Positions 17,563-27,223 of a stretch of 64,000 nt of DNA are shown here, one piece after another. Position 1 is the stretch's first letter; each line of letters begins with the position of its first letter. This DNA is from an uncultured Alphaproteobacteria bacterium. GTDB taxonomy: Bacteria; Pseudomonadota; Alphaproteobacteria; JAPOUT01; G958296285. The stretch covers positions 1,282,762 to 1,346,761 of the forward strand of contig OY282459.1 of the NCBI GenBank assembly GCA_958296285.1. Direction: 5' to 3'. Under the pieces are notes generated by a model, which had not been told where the DNA came from, ran no database searches, and saw only the letters and a list, made by a program, of their open reading frames with translations. Both the position numbers and the translations under genes were made by a program.

Positions 17563-18312
17563 ATGAATCCCGCACTCCTCCTTCTCTAAACCACCCCATC
17601 TACCATCACGATACGAACCCCCCGAACCAACAGAAGCCGTGCAAGGAACACACCCTATAGACAAATACCCACGCTTCACCAACGGATGAACAACCAAACT
17701 ATGCCGCTCAACATAAGAACCAAGAGCCTCCTGATCCCAATCCACAAGAGGATTAATGGAAAACCGCGCCACGCTCCCCGCCATCTCCCGAAACTCTATC
17801 GCCTCCAAAATCGCCCGACTCGCCGTCTGAAAACGCTTCCGACCCGTGATCACCGCCTCAAATCCCCCCAACGCCCGCCGCAACGGCAAAACCTTCCGAA
17901 AATGACAGCAAGCGTCAGGATCCTCGCTCCAAAGAGAACCATCCGAATCCAACCGCGCCCGATCCACAGGATCAGGACCAATGGAACGCAAATCCGTCAA
18001 ACCCAGCCGATCCTGCAATAAATCACGATAGCGAAGAGTCTCCGGAAACAACTTCCCCGTATTCAGAAAAATCACGGGAACAGACGGATCAATCTCCGAA
18101 ACCATATGCAGCAAAACCACCGACTCCGAACCAAAAGACGAAACCACCGCAATCCTGCCCGGAAAAACCTCCTTGATCATCGCCTCAAGAAGAGGCTTGC
18201 CGGACAGCGCATATTCACGCCGCAACATCTCAAGACGCGCCGCCGCCTCGGCAGGAACCTCCCCCGAAGCGCGAGGCATCGGAATCTCGGCGCGATTCTC
18301 TAAACCAGCCAT
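17548..18312 (-). CDS. cysH: phosphoadenosine-phosphosulfate (PAPS/APS) reductase
   Basis: SFGSESVVLLHMV, DPDACCHFRKVLPL, C-terminal EKEECGIH motif. Confidence 0.9.
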   Translation of the reverse strand: MAGLENRAEIPMPRASGEVPAEAAARLEMLRREYALSGKPLLEAMIKEVFPGRIAVVSSFGSESVVLLHMVSEIDPSVPVIFLNTGKLFPETLRYRDLLQDRLGLTDLRSIGPDPVDRARLDSDGSLWSEDPDACCHFRKVLPLRRALGGFEAVITGRKRFQTASRAILEAIEFREMAGSVARFSINPLVDWDQEALGSYVERHSLVVHPLVKRGYLSIGCVPCTASVGSGGSYRDGRWGGLEKEECGIHGGSR

Positions 18313-18845
18313 TTTTGATCCTCCATCATCGCGCGGCTTTTCTCACGGACAGCGCTCGGCGCTAATCCCTGATCGCGCCACCGATCCCGCGCCGCCGACA
18401 GCGCCAACAAACGATCGCGCCATTCCGCCCCATAATGGCGAGAGAGATCATCACGAAGCATCCGCGCCGCCGAAGGCGATCTGCCTCCGGTGGAAACGGC
18501 GAAAAGCAAATCCCCTCGCCGCAAAATGGACGGAACATGAAAATCGCACAAAGCCGGAATGTCTTCTGTGTTGACAAGAGCGCCGACAGCGCGCGCGCGA
18601 GCCGCGAGCGGACGGGCTTCCTCTTCCGAAAATCCCGCGATGAACAGAATCGCGCCGCGCATCTCCTCATCTTTCGGAAGACGCCGCCGAATCGGAAAAC
18701 TCATCAGAGCCTCACCGCGCGGCGCGTAGATTTCCGCCTCCATCTTTGCCGCTCCGATGAGCCGACAGCGTTTTAACAGCGGCTCGCCCTCGCCAATGAG
18801 GAGAATCTTTTTCCGATTCGGGTTAAGGACGATCGGCAGCATCAT
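18300..18845 (-). CDS. precorrin-2 dehydrogenase / sirohydrochlorin ferrochelatase-like (siroheme synthase N-terminal domain)
   Basis: KILLIGEGEPLLKR Rossmann-like start and LVNTEDIPALCDFHVPSILRRGDLLFAVSTGGRSPSAARMLRDDL, matching the CysG-N/SirC signature. Overlaps the cysH start. Confidence 0.7.
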   Translation of the reverse strand: MMLPIVLNPNRKKILLIGEGEPLLKRCRLIGAAKMEAEIYAPRGEALMSFPIRRRLPKDEEMRGAILFIAGFSEEEARPLAARARAVGALVNTEDIPALCDFHVPSILRRGDLLFAVSTGGRSPSAARMLRDDLSRHYGAEWRDRLLALSAARDRWRDQGLAPSAVREKSRAMMEDQKWLV

Positions 18846-18916
18846 GCCTATAATATCGGACTTGCGCGGACGAAAAGCAAGCGCCCCCCTGCCTCCCCTG
18901 CCCTATAGACAATGCG

Positions 18917-19531
18917 ATGATCCGTTGGCAAATCTCATCCGATCCCGTCTCTTATGGAGAATCTGTCGGCGCGATGGAAAGCCATGTCGGCGAAATGATC
19001 GCCGGGCGCGAGGGCGAGAAAATCTGGCTTCTTCAGCATCCGCCCCTCTACACGATCGGCGCGAGAACTCAATCTTCCGACATCCTCCATAAAAAATTCC
19101 CGATCCACAAAACGAGTCGCGGCGGTCTCGCCACCTATCACGGGCCTGGGCAGAGGGTCGTCTATCTGATGCTCAATCTCAAAGAAAGAGGCTTGAAAGC
19201 GCGCCCCTTCGTCCAAAAATTGGAGGACTGGCTGATCCTCGCCCTCGCCCGCCTCGGCGCGAAGGGAGAGCGCCGACATGACCGCATCGGAATATGGATC
19301 GCCGACAAAAGCCGCGAAGACAAAATCGCCGCCATCGGCATCCGCGTCAGACGCGGAATCAGTTTTCACGGCGTCAGCGTCAATGTGAATCCCGATCTCT
19401 CCCATTATGACGGCATCGTGCCTTGCGGAATAGCGCGGCATGGCGTCACGAGCCTCCACGCGCTCGGAATCCCCGCCTCCATGCGGGAGGTGGATCAAGC
19501 GCTCCAAGATTCCTTCGCGGACATCTTTTAG
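18917..19531 (+). CDS. lipB: lipoyl(octanoyl) transferase
   Basis: IWLLQHPPLYTIG, RGGLATYHGPGQ, KIAAIGIRVRRGISFHG. Confidence 0.9.
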   Translation: MIRWQISSDPVSYGESVGAMESHVGEMIAGREGEKIWLLQHPPLYTIGARTQSSDILHKKFPIHKTSRGGLATYHGPGQRVVYLMLNLKERGLKARPFVQKLEDWLILALARLGAKGERRHDRIGIWIADKSREDKIAAIGIRVRRGISFHGVSVNVNPDLSHYDGIVPCGIARHGVTSLHALGIPASMREVDQALQDSFADIF

Positions 19532-21522
19532 CCGAAGCGCAGAATCGGATCGTCCAGCGCGAGACTCTGTCCCTCCTCGCAGAAAATCTCTTTGACGACA
19601 GCGTCTTGCTCAGCGAAGAGGATGTTCTCCATCTTCATCGCCTCCACGACCGCGAGAGGCTGTCCCGCCTCCACGCGATCCCCCGCTTTGACATGAAGTT
19701 TCACGAGCTGCCCCGGCATCGGACAGAGAAGCCTGTCGGTCTTTTCCGAAGCCTCTCTCTTCGGCAGACGCGCTTCAAGCGCCGCCTGAAGCGGCGACAT
19801 CACCCGAAAGACGAACCGCGCCCCGCCATAGGACAGAATCCAAGATTGATCGCTGCGGCGAATCTGCATCAGAATCGTTCTGCCGTCCAGCTGACCGTGG
19901 AAAAGCCGCGCCCCAAACCGCCAATCGCTCTGAATCTTTCGCGTCAACCGTCCCGCGCCGTAGACGCTCGCGCCGTACGCCAAGCCCCCTTCCCTCTCCG
20001 AGACGGCGAATTCCTCGCGCGTCTCGCCTTCCATGACGGCAAGATGTTTCGGCATTCTCGCCCGCAATGGCAGCGCCGCCTCCTGACGCGCGCGCTTGAT
20101 GTTCTGCCATTCGGCGAAAAGCGCGACAGCGCGAGAATCTCTTCGCAAAACTTCCTCCTCCGTCTCGGCTTTAAAACCCTGCGGATATTCTTCTTCTATG
20201 AAAGATGTGGAGAGATCGCCCGCCGCGAAGCGCTTATGCGCGAAAATCGCCGACAGAAACAGACGATTATTCGGAAAGCCTTCCAACTCCAACCTCTCCA
20301 GCGCGGAGAGGATGGTTTTTCGCGCCGATTCCCTGTCCTCGCCCCAAGAGCAGAGTTTCATGATCATCGGATCGTAATAGACGCTGATCGCGTCTCCCTC
20401 TTCCACGCCGCTGTCTATGCGGACGGTCTGGCTCTCGTCAGGCGGACGGCAGCGCGAGAGCGTTCCGGTCTGAGGCAGAAAGCCGCGCTCAGGGTCTTCG
20501 GCGCAGAGCCGCGCCTCAAAAGCCCAGCCGGTGAAGCGGACGTCATTCTGCGTCAGACGCAGAGGCTCATCGGCGGCGATCCGAATCATCTCCTCCGCCA
20601 AATCCAATCCGGTGATGAGTTCGGATACGGGATGCTCCACTTGAAGCCGCGTATTCATCTCAAGGAAGTAAAAGACCTTATCCCGCCCGACCACGAACTC
20701 CACCGTCCCGGCGCTGTCATAGCCGACCGCCTTCGCCAACAGCAGCGCCTCTCTGCCCATCGCCTCGCGCATCGTCTTATTGAGCAGAGGGCTCGGCGCT
20801 TCCTCTATGATCTTTTGGTTGCGCCGCTGAATGGAACATTCGCGCTCGCCAAGATGAACGGCAGCGCCGCGCTTGTCGCAGAGAATCTGAATCTCAATAT
20901 GGCGGGGGTTCTCAATATATTTCTCCACGAAGACGCGCCCGTCTCCAAAAGACGCCTCCGCCTCGCGCCTCGCGGAAGCGGCAGCCTCAACGAGATTGTC
21001 GCCTTGACGCGCGATTCTCATGCCCTTGCCGCCGCCGCCCGCCGCCGCCTTGATCATCACCGGATAGCCTATCGTTTCGGCGATGGCGCCGATCTCGTCC
21101 GCGCTTGTCAGAGCGTCTTGATGGCCCGGGATCGTGGAGACGCCCGCCTTTTTCGCAAGAATCTTGGATTCAATTTTGTCGCCCATTCGCGCGATGGCTT
21201 CGGCGTTCGGTCCGATGAAAGCGATGCCTTCCCTCTCGCAATCTCTTGCGAAATCGGCGTTTTCGGAAAGGAAGCCATAGCCCGGATGAAGCGCTTCCGC
21301 GCCTGTCTGACGCGCCGCCTCCAAGATTTTCTCCCCGCGCAAATAGGATTCCGCCGCCGCCGCGCCCCCGATGAAAACCGCTTCATCCGCCATCGCGACA
21401 TGAAGCGCGCGGGAATCGGCGTCAGAATAAACGGCGACAGTCTTGACGCCCATCCGCCGCGCCGTCTTGATGACGCGGCAGGCGATCTCTCCTCGGTTGG
21501 CGATCAAAATCTTCTTAAACAC
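19528..21522 (-). CDS. pccA: propionyl-CoA (acyl-CoA) carboxylase alpha subunit: biotin carboxylase plus BCCP domain
   Basis: MFKKILIANRGEIACRVIKTARRMG, ATP-grasp motifs, C-terminal AVVEAMKMEN biotinylation site. Confidence 0.85.
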   Translation of the reverse strand: MFKKILIANRGEIACRVIKTARRMGVKTVAVYSDADSRALHVAMADEAVFIGGAAAAESYLRGEKILEAARQTGAEALHPGYGFLSENADFARDCEREGIAFIGPNAEAIARMGDKIESKILAKKAGVSTIPGHQDALTSADEIGAIAETIGYPVMIKAAAGGGGKGMRIARQGDNLVEAAASARREAEASFGDGRVFVEKYIENPRHIEIQILCDKRGAAVHLGERECSIQRRNQKIIEEAPSPLLNKTMREAMGREALLLAKAVGYDSAGTVEFVVGRDKVFYFLEMNTRLQVEHPVSELITGLDLAEEMIRIAADEPLRLTQNDVRFTGWAFEARLCAEDPERGFLPQTGTLSRCRPPDESQTVRIDSGVEEGDAISVYYDPMIMKLCSWGEDRESARKTILSALERLELEGFPNNRLFLSAIFAHKRFAAGDLSTSFIEEEYPQGFKAETEEEVLRRDSRAVALFAEWQNIKRARQEAALPLRARMPKHLAVMEGETREEFAVSEREGGLAYGASVYGAGRLTRKIQSDWRFGARLFHGQLDGRTILMQIRRSDQSWILSYGGARFVFRVMSPLQAALEARLPKREASEKTDRLLCPMPGQLVKLHVKAGDRVEAGQPLAVVEAMKMENILFAEQDAVVKEIFCEEGQSLALDDPILRFG

Positions 21523-21533
21523 CGCGCCCTCTC

Positions 21534-23072
21534 CTAGAGAGGGATATTGTCGTGCTTTTTCTTCGGGTTTGTCATCTGTTTCGCTTTCAGCATCGCCAAG
21601 CCGCGAATGACGCGGCGGCGCGTCTCTTTCGGGGCGATGATGTCGTCAATATAGCCCCGCTCCGCCGCGACAAAAGGGTTTAAGAATCGCGCCTCATAAG
21701 CCTCGGCGCGTTTGGCGATTTTGTCGGGATTGCCGATCTCGTCTCTGTGGAGAATCTCCGCCGCGCCCTTCGCCCCCATGACGGCGATCTCGGCGCTCGG
21801 CCAGGCATAGTTCAGATCGCCCCTGATATGTTTGGACGCCATGACGTCATAGGCTCCGCCATAGGCTTTGCGCGTGATGAAGGTGATTTTCGGCGCTGTC
21901 GCCTCGGCATAGGCGAAGAGGAGCTTCGCGCCGTGCTTGATGATGCCGCCTTCCTCCTGAGCCTGCCCGGGCAGAAAGCCCGGCACATCCACGAGGGTGA
22001 GAATCGGAATGTCAAAACAATCGCAGAAGCGGACGAACCGCGCGGCTTTGCGACTGGCGTCCGAATCCAAAACGCCGGCGAGAATGAGAGGCTGATTCGC
22101 CACAATGCCGACAGTCGCGCCGTCCATCCGCGCGAAGCCAATGACGATGTTTTTAGCGAAATCCCGCTGAATCTCAAAAAAATCCTCCTCATCCACAAGA
22201 GCGAGAATCGCGCGCTTGATGTCATAGGGCGTGTTCGGATTGGCGGGGACGAGTTTCTCCAGAGCCGGCGCGTCTCTATTCGGATCGTCATGGCTTTCGC
22301 GGCGGGGCGGCTTCTCGCGGTTGGAGGCGGGGAGGAAATCAAGAAGGCGGCGGATCTCTTGAAGCGCTTCGGCGTCATTGTCGTAAGCGCCGTCAGCGAC
22401 GCCGGATTTCTTCATATGGACGCTCGCGCCTCCGAGCTGTTCGGCGGATATGTCCTCATTCATCACGGTCTTGACGACATTGGGGCCGGTCACGAACATC
22501 GTGGACGTCCCGCGCGCCATGAAAATAAAATCCGTCATGGCGGGGGAATAGACATCGCCGCCGGCGCAGGGGCCCATAATGACCGAAATCTGCGGAATCA
22601 CTCCGGACGCCAAAACGTTCCGCAAGAAGACCTCGCCATAACCGCCAAGCGCCTCCACGCCCTCCTGAATGCGCGCGCCGCCGGCGTCAAAAAGCCCGAC
22701 AATCGGCGCGCCGACCCGAAGCGCCATGTCCTGAACTTTCGTGATCTTCGCCGCGTGAGTCCGCGAGAGCGATCCGCCAAAGACCGTGAAATCCTTGGCG
22801 AAAAGATAGACGGGTCTGCCATTGACCGTTCCCCATCCGGTGATGACGCCGTCCCCTGGGATCGCCGTCCCTTCCATGTCAAACTCATGGCTTTGATGCT
22901 CCACGAACATGTCAAACTCCTCAAAACTTCCGTCATCCAAGAGGAGCGCGACTCTTTCGCGCGCCGAGAGTTTGCCCTTCGCGCGCTGCGCCTTGAGACG
23001 CTTCTCGCCGCCGCCTGCCAGCGCCGCCGCGCGGCGCTTTTTCAATTCATCCCGAATCGCCTTATCTTTCAT
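21534..23072 (-). CDS. pccB: propionyl-CoA carboxylase beta subunit (carboxyltransferase)
   Basis: LSARERVALLLDDGSFEEFDMF, GGARIQEG, about 510 aa. Start trimmed to the ATG at 23072. Confidence 0.85.
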   Translation of the reverse strand: MKDKAIRDELKKRRAAALAGGGEKRLKAQRAKGKLSARERVALLLDDGSFEEFDMFVEHQSHEFDMEGTAIPGDGVITGWGTVNGRPVYLFAKDFTVFGGSLSRTHAAKITKVQDMALRVGAPIVGLFDAGGARIQEGVEALGGYGEVFLRNVLASGVIPQISVIMGPCAGGDVYSPAMTDFIFMARGTSTMFVTGPNVVKTVMNEDISAEQLGGASVHMKKSGVADGAYDNDAEALQEIRRLLDFLPASNREKPPRRESHDDPNRDAPALEKLVPANPNTPYDIKRAILALVDEEDFFEIQRDFAKNIVIGFARMDGATVGIVANQPLILAGVLDSDASRKAARFVRFCDCFDIPILTLVDVPGFLPGQAQEEGGIIKHGAKLLFAYAEATAPKITFITRKAYGGAYDVMASKHIRGDLNYAWPSAEIAVMGAKGAAEILHRDEIGNPDKIAKRAEAYEARFLNPFVAAERGYIDDIIAPKETRRRVIRGLAMLKAKQMTNPKKKHDNIPL

Positions 23073-24042
23073 CGCTTCGCCCTCGCTTGAATAAAGCGGC
23101 GCTGTTTTCCCACAAAGCGCCTTTGAGGTCAAAATCCAAAATCCGCCAGCTCTCTTCCATATGGGGCGGCAGAGGCGCGCGGGCGGTCAGAATCTTGCCC
23201 GAAGGCAGACGCAAAGACATCTCCCGCGCATGAAGATGAAGTCCGCGACCCAATCCTTTCGCGGCGCTCTCTTTTCCATATTTTTTGTCGCCGACAATCG
23301 GCGTTCCGATCTCTGAGAGATGGATGCGAAGCTGATGCTTTCGTCCCGTATGGGTCATCAGGGCGAGCCATGCGAAGCGCTGTCCGGCTTTCCGCGCTAA
23401 AACGTAGTCCGTCCGCGCGCGCTTTTCGTCTCCGCCTTCTTTTTCGGACGCGATCGGCGAGACAAGACGCCCGCGCGTCTCTTTGGGCGCGGAGATCGTC
23501 AAAGCCCAGTAAATTTTCCGAACCTCCCGCTTTCTAAAACGTTCGGCGAGATGCGCCGCCGCCGCCGCCCTCCGCGCGAGAATGAGAACGCCGCTCGCCT
23601 CCTTATCCAACCTATGGACGAGTTTCGGACGCTCCGCCGCGTCAAAGCGGAGGGCGTCCAGCAATCCGTCCAGATGGCGCGAGACGCGACTCCCTCCCTG
23701 CGCCGCCAATCCGGCAGGCTTGTTGATGACGATGACGTCGTGATCGCGGTGAAGAATCCGCGCCCTCAGATCGGCGCTCTCTCGGCGCGAGGGCGGCGGC
23801 AGCAGAGCGGATCGCCGCGCCGCGCCCTCCTTGAGACGTTTGGGCAGACGAAGACGCTCGCCCTTTCTCAAGCGCTGTCCGGCGCGCGCCTTCGCGTCTT
23901 CCACCCGTATCGCGCCCCGCCGCAGAAGATTCTCCAAACGCGAATGCGGCACGCTCGGCAGATGCCTCTTGAACCAGCGATCCAGCCTGATGCCGTCATC
24001 CTCGGCGGCGATTGTTTTTTCCAAGAGAGGGCTGTCGGTCAT
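23062..24042 (-). CDS. RluA-family 23S rRNA pseudouridine synthase (RluC/RluD-like, with S4 domain)
   Basis: IRLDRWFKRHLP S4-like N-terminus and HRLDKEASGVLILAR catalytic motif. The ATG at 24042 overlaps the rarA stop (ATGA). Confidence 0.85.
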   Translation of the reverse strand: MTDSPLLEKTIAAEDDGIRLDRWFKRHLPSVPHSRLENLLRRGAIRVEDAKARAGQRLRKGERLRLPKRLKEGAARRSALLPPPSRRESADLRARILHRDHDVIVINKPAGLAAQGGSRVSRHLDGLLDALRFDAAERPKLVHRLDKEASGVLILARRAAAAAHLAERFRKREVRKIYWALTISAPKETRGRLVSPIASEKEGGDEKRARTDYVLARKAGQRFAWLALMTHTGRKHQLRIHLSEIGTPIVGDKKYGKESAAKGLGRGLHLHAREMSLRLPSGKILTARAPLPPHMEESWRILDFDLKGALWENSAALFKRGRSDER

Positions 24043-25337
24043 TCTGTCTTTCTTTTCTGCCGCAATTTGTCCCACCATGCGAGTCTCTTCTTGATTTCGC
24101 GCTCAAAGCCCAGATCGGTCGGCGCGTAGATTTTCTGCCGCGCGATTGTGTCGGGAAAATAATTCTGCCCGGCGAATCTGTCAGGCTGATCGTGATCGTA
24201 GCGGTAGTTTTCGCCATAGCCCAGAGTTTTCATCAGACGGGTCGGGGCGTTGAGCGCGTGTTTCGGCGGCGGGAGCGATCCGGATTCCTTCGCCAGCGCC
24301 TTCGCCTCTTTGGACGCCCGATAGACCGCGTTGGATTTCGGCGCGGACGCCAAATAAAGAACCGCCTGCGCCAGAGCGAGCTCGCCCTCCGGCGAGCCAA
24401 GCGCTTCATAGGCGCGGCGCGCGGCTTCGGCTTGATGGAGAGATTCGGGATCGGCGAGACCGATATCCTCCACCGCCATGCGTATCAGCCGCCGCGCGAT
24501 GTAAAGAGGATCTTCGCCGCCGGCGAGCATTCTCTCCAGCCAATAGAGCGCGGCATCGGCATCGCTCCCGCGCACCGATTTATGCAGAACGCTGATCAAA
24601 TTATAATGCTCCTCGCCCGCTCTGTCGTAAAGAGGGGCGCGTTTCTGCAAGACATCGCCCAAAGTTTCGGGGGTCAGAGGCGGCGCGTCTTTGTTTTTTT
24701 CGCTTCGCGCGAAAATCTCTTCCGCCATATTGAGAAGGAAGCGTCCGTCTCCGTCCGCCATGCCGATGAGCGCGCGGCGCGTCTCTTCGTCAAGCGGCAG
24801 GGTTTCGCCTGTGATCTCTTCGGCGCGTTTGAGAATCTCTTCCAGCGCTTCCGAATCCAGCCTGTTCAAGACAAAAACGCGGCAGCGCGAGAGCAGCGCC
24901 GCCCCAAGCGTGAAAGAGGGATTCTCTGTCGTCGCCCCCGCCAAGACAATCTCGCCGGTCTCCGCCCAAGGAAGGAAACTGTCCTGCTGCGTCCGCGTCA
25001 GGCGATGGATTTCGTCAATGAAGAGAAGGGTTTCTATGCCGTTTTGTCTTCTGGCGAGGGCTTCGTCATGGATTTTTCGGAACTCGGCGAGTCCGGCGGA
25101 TGTCGCCGAAGCCTGCGCGAAAACATAGCCCGACAGCGAAGAGAGAATGCGGACGATTGTCGTCTTGCCCGATCCCGGAGGCCCCCACAAAATGAAGGAG
25201 ACGAGTTTCTCTCGCGCCGCCATTCGCGCGATCGGCGCGTCCTCATTCAGGAGATGCGGCTGTCCGAAAATCTCGGAGAGGTTCCGCGGACGCAGCCGCT
25301 CGGCGAGCGGCGAAGCGCGCCTTGCATCCCGCTTCAT
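24039..25337 (-). CDS. rarA: replication-associated recombination protein A (AAA+ ATPase)
   Basis: ILWGPPGSGKTT Walker A, LFIDEIHR Walker B, GATTENPSF, LHKSVRGSDADAALYW. Confidence 0.9.
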   Translation of the reverse strand: MKRDARRASPLAERLRPRNLSEIFGQPHLLNEDAPIARMAAREKLVSFILWGPPGSGKTTIVRILSSLSGYVFAQASATSAGLAEFRKIHDEALARRQNGIETLLFIDEIHRLTRTQQDSFLPWAETGEIVLAGATTENPSFTLGAALLSRCRVFVLNRLDSEALEEILKRAEEITGETLPLDEETRRALIGMADGDGRFLLNMAEEIFARSEKNKDAPPLTPETLGDVLQKRAPLYDRAGEEHYNLISVLHKSVRGSDADAALYWLERMLAGGEDPLYIARRLIRMAVEDIGLADPESLHQAEAARRAYEALGSPEGELALAQAVLYLASAPKSNAVYRASKEAKALAKESGSLPPPKHALNAPTRLMKTLGYGENYRYDHDQPDRFAGQNYFPDTIARQKIYAPTDLGFEREIKKRLAWWDKLRQKRKTE

Positions 25338-26785
25338 CTGACCGCGACAACAACGCGCCGTCCGCCGCGCTCTAATACCAGACGGCGCGGCGGATTGGCG
25401 CTCTGAAATATCGCCGCCAGCGCCGCGACATCGGCGACAGCCGTCCCTCCCGCCTCGCGAATAATATCCCGCGCCGTGATGAGCCGCGCGGCGGGCGATC
25501 CCGTCTTGACGGAAAGAACGACCACGCCCGCCGCCCCATAATCCATATTCAACGCGCCGGCCAAGGCCGGAGACAAATTCGCCACTGTCACGCCGTTCAA
25601 AATATGCGCGCCGGACAATGCCCGCTCATCTTTAGGCACAGTCTCAGGCAGCGCCGCGACCCGAACCTCGGCGCGGCGCGCGCGCGCCTCCCGCGCATAT
25701 TCTATTTCTACGACAGAATCCTCCCGCGAGGTCTCTATCCTATATTTGAGAGCGAAGAGATCGGGCGCGTCATGGAGGCCGAATTTCCGCACGACATCCC
25801 CGACTTGCAGTCCGGCGAGACTGGCGGGGCTGTCCGGATAGATTTTCGTGATCAGAACGCCGGACGGGCTTTCTAGCGCCATCGCCTCGGCAATATCCGC
25901 CGTGACGCTTTGGAAATCCGCGCCGATCCAAAGACGGCGAAGCGGCTCGCCCTTCTCGGCAGCCTCCACGACTCGGCGCACGAGATTCGCCGGGATCGCG
26001 AAGCCAATGCCGACCGATCCGCCCGTTTGCGAGTAAATCGCCGTGTTGATGCCCGCCAGCCTGCCGTCCAACGTCACCAGCGCGCCGCCCGAATTCCCAA
26101 CATTGATCGCCGCGTCCGTCTGCAGAAAAAATCCGATATTGGATATGCCAGGACGCGCCCGCGCGGGCGCGGAAATAATCCCATTCGTCACCGTCTGTCC
26201 AAGACCAAAAGGATTCCCAATGGCGAGAACAATATCCCCGGTCTCCAGCGCGTCAGAATCGCCAAAAGGCAGAACCGACAAGCTCCTGCCCGCCGCCTTC
26301 GCGCCGTTCCCTTTCCCGCTCTGAAAATCAATTTTTAGAACCGCCAAATCGCTCCCCTCATCGGAAAGAATGAGATCCGCCCGAAACTCGCGGCGATCAT
26401 TTAAAGCGACAGTCAGCGCCTCGCTGTCGCGGACGACATGGTAATTCGTCACGACAATGCCGTCCTCGCCCAAAACAACGCCCGATCCCAGCGCGCGCTC
26501 AATGCGATCGCGGGGAATGCCGAAACCGCGCGGAAGCCCGCGAAAAAAATGCTCAAAAAAAGGATTGCGCCAAAGCGGCGTCCTCCGCCTGACGACACGG
26601 CGCGCATAGACGGTCACGACAGACGGCGCCGATTTCTTGACCGTCTCCGCGAAAGAAAACGCCAAAGACTCAGAAGAAGGACGAGACGTCCGCGCGAGAT
26701 GATTCTCCACAGCCCAAAACGCCGCGACTGCCGTCAAAAACGCGACGCCCAAAAGCCCCCCAAAGAAGAAAGGTTTCACCTTCAA
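25334..26785 (-). CDS. degP: Do/DegP/HtrA-family periplasmic serine endoprotease with two PDZ domains
   Basis: Signal/anchor, [33 protein letters not shown] catalytic Ser motif. Confidence 0.9.
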   Translation of the reverse strand: MKVKPFFFGGLLGVAFLTAVAAFWAVENHLARTSRPSSESLAFSFAETVKKSAPSVVTVYARRVVRRRTPLWRNPFFEHFFRGLPRGFGIPRDRIERALGSGVVLGEDGIVVTNYHVVRDSEALTVALNDRREFRADLILSDEGSDLAVLKIDFQSGKGNGAKAAGRSLSVLPFGDSDALETGDIVLAIGNPFGLGQTVTNGIISAPARARPGISNIGFFLQTDAAINVGNSGGALVTLDGRLAGINTAIYSQTGGSVGIGFAIPANLVRRVVEAAEKGEPLRRLWIGADFQSVTADIAEAMALESPSGVLITKIYPDSPASLAGLQVGDVVRKFGLHDAPDLFALKYRIETSREDSVVEIEYAREARARRAEVRVAALPETVPKDERALSGAHILNGVTVANLSPALAGALNMDYGAAGVVVLSVKTGSPAARLITARDIIREAGGTAVADVAALAAIFQSANPPRRLVLERGGRRVVVAVR

Positions 26786-27201
26786 TCCGCGGACTCGTCT
26801 CTTTTAGGCGGCGGCGGTCCGGAATCTTGTCCGCGCGCCTTTTCGTCCCGCTCCACGAATTCCATAATGGCGCGCGGCGCGTCATCGCCTCGGCGGAAGC
26901 CCGCTTTAACAATCCGCGTATAGCCGCCGTCCCGCTCGGCATAGCGCGGCGCAAGCACCGCGAAAAGTTTCCGAACCCCCTTCTCCTCGCGCAGACGCGC
27001 CGCCGCGAGCCTCCGCCGCGACAATCCCCCGCGCTTCGCCAAACTCACCAACTTCTCCACAAAAGGACGCAAAGCCTTCGCTTTCGGCAGAGTCGTGACG
27101 ATCTGCTCATGCTTGATCAGCGCCGCCGCCATATTGGCGAACATCGCGCGTCTATGGCTGGAGCGCCGCCCCAATTTCGCCACCGATTTCCTATGACGCA
27201 T
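26782..27201 (-). CDS. rplQ: 50S ribosomal protein L17
   Basis: [37 protein letters not shown]. Its stop overlaps the degP start. Confidence 0.95.
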   Translation of the reverse strand: MRHRKSVAKLGRRSSHRRAMFANMAAALIKHEQIVTTLPKAKALRPFVEKLVSLAKRGGLSRRRLAAARLREEKGVRKLFAVLAPRYAERDGGYTRIVKAGFRRGDDAPRAIMEFVERDEKARGQDSGPPPPKRDESAD

Positions 27202-27223
27202 CGCGCGACCTCAACAAAATCCG

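Noticed and set aside
18846-18916. TATAAT hexamer at 18849-18854 as a lipB promoter -10 element.
   Set aside because: No acceptable -35 element lies at 16-19 nt spacing, and the hexamer overlaps the start region of the divergent sirC-like gene. Not supportable from sequence alone.
19423-21537. 704-aa ORF on the + strand covering the whole of pccA. Similar long antisense ORFs occur at 21747-23090, 24012-25406, 29751-30965, 6981-8174, 45414-47477, 49352-50515, 50696-51922, 52127-53380 and 56523-57833.
   Set aside because: Each is nested antisense to a gene with unmistakable conserved motifs. Their translations are Arg/Ala/Gly/Pro-rich low-information sequence, typical of stop-poor antisense frames in GC-rich DNA, with no recognisable family motifs.
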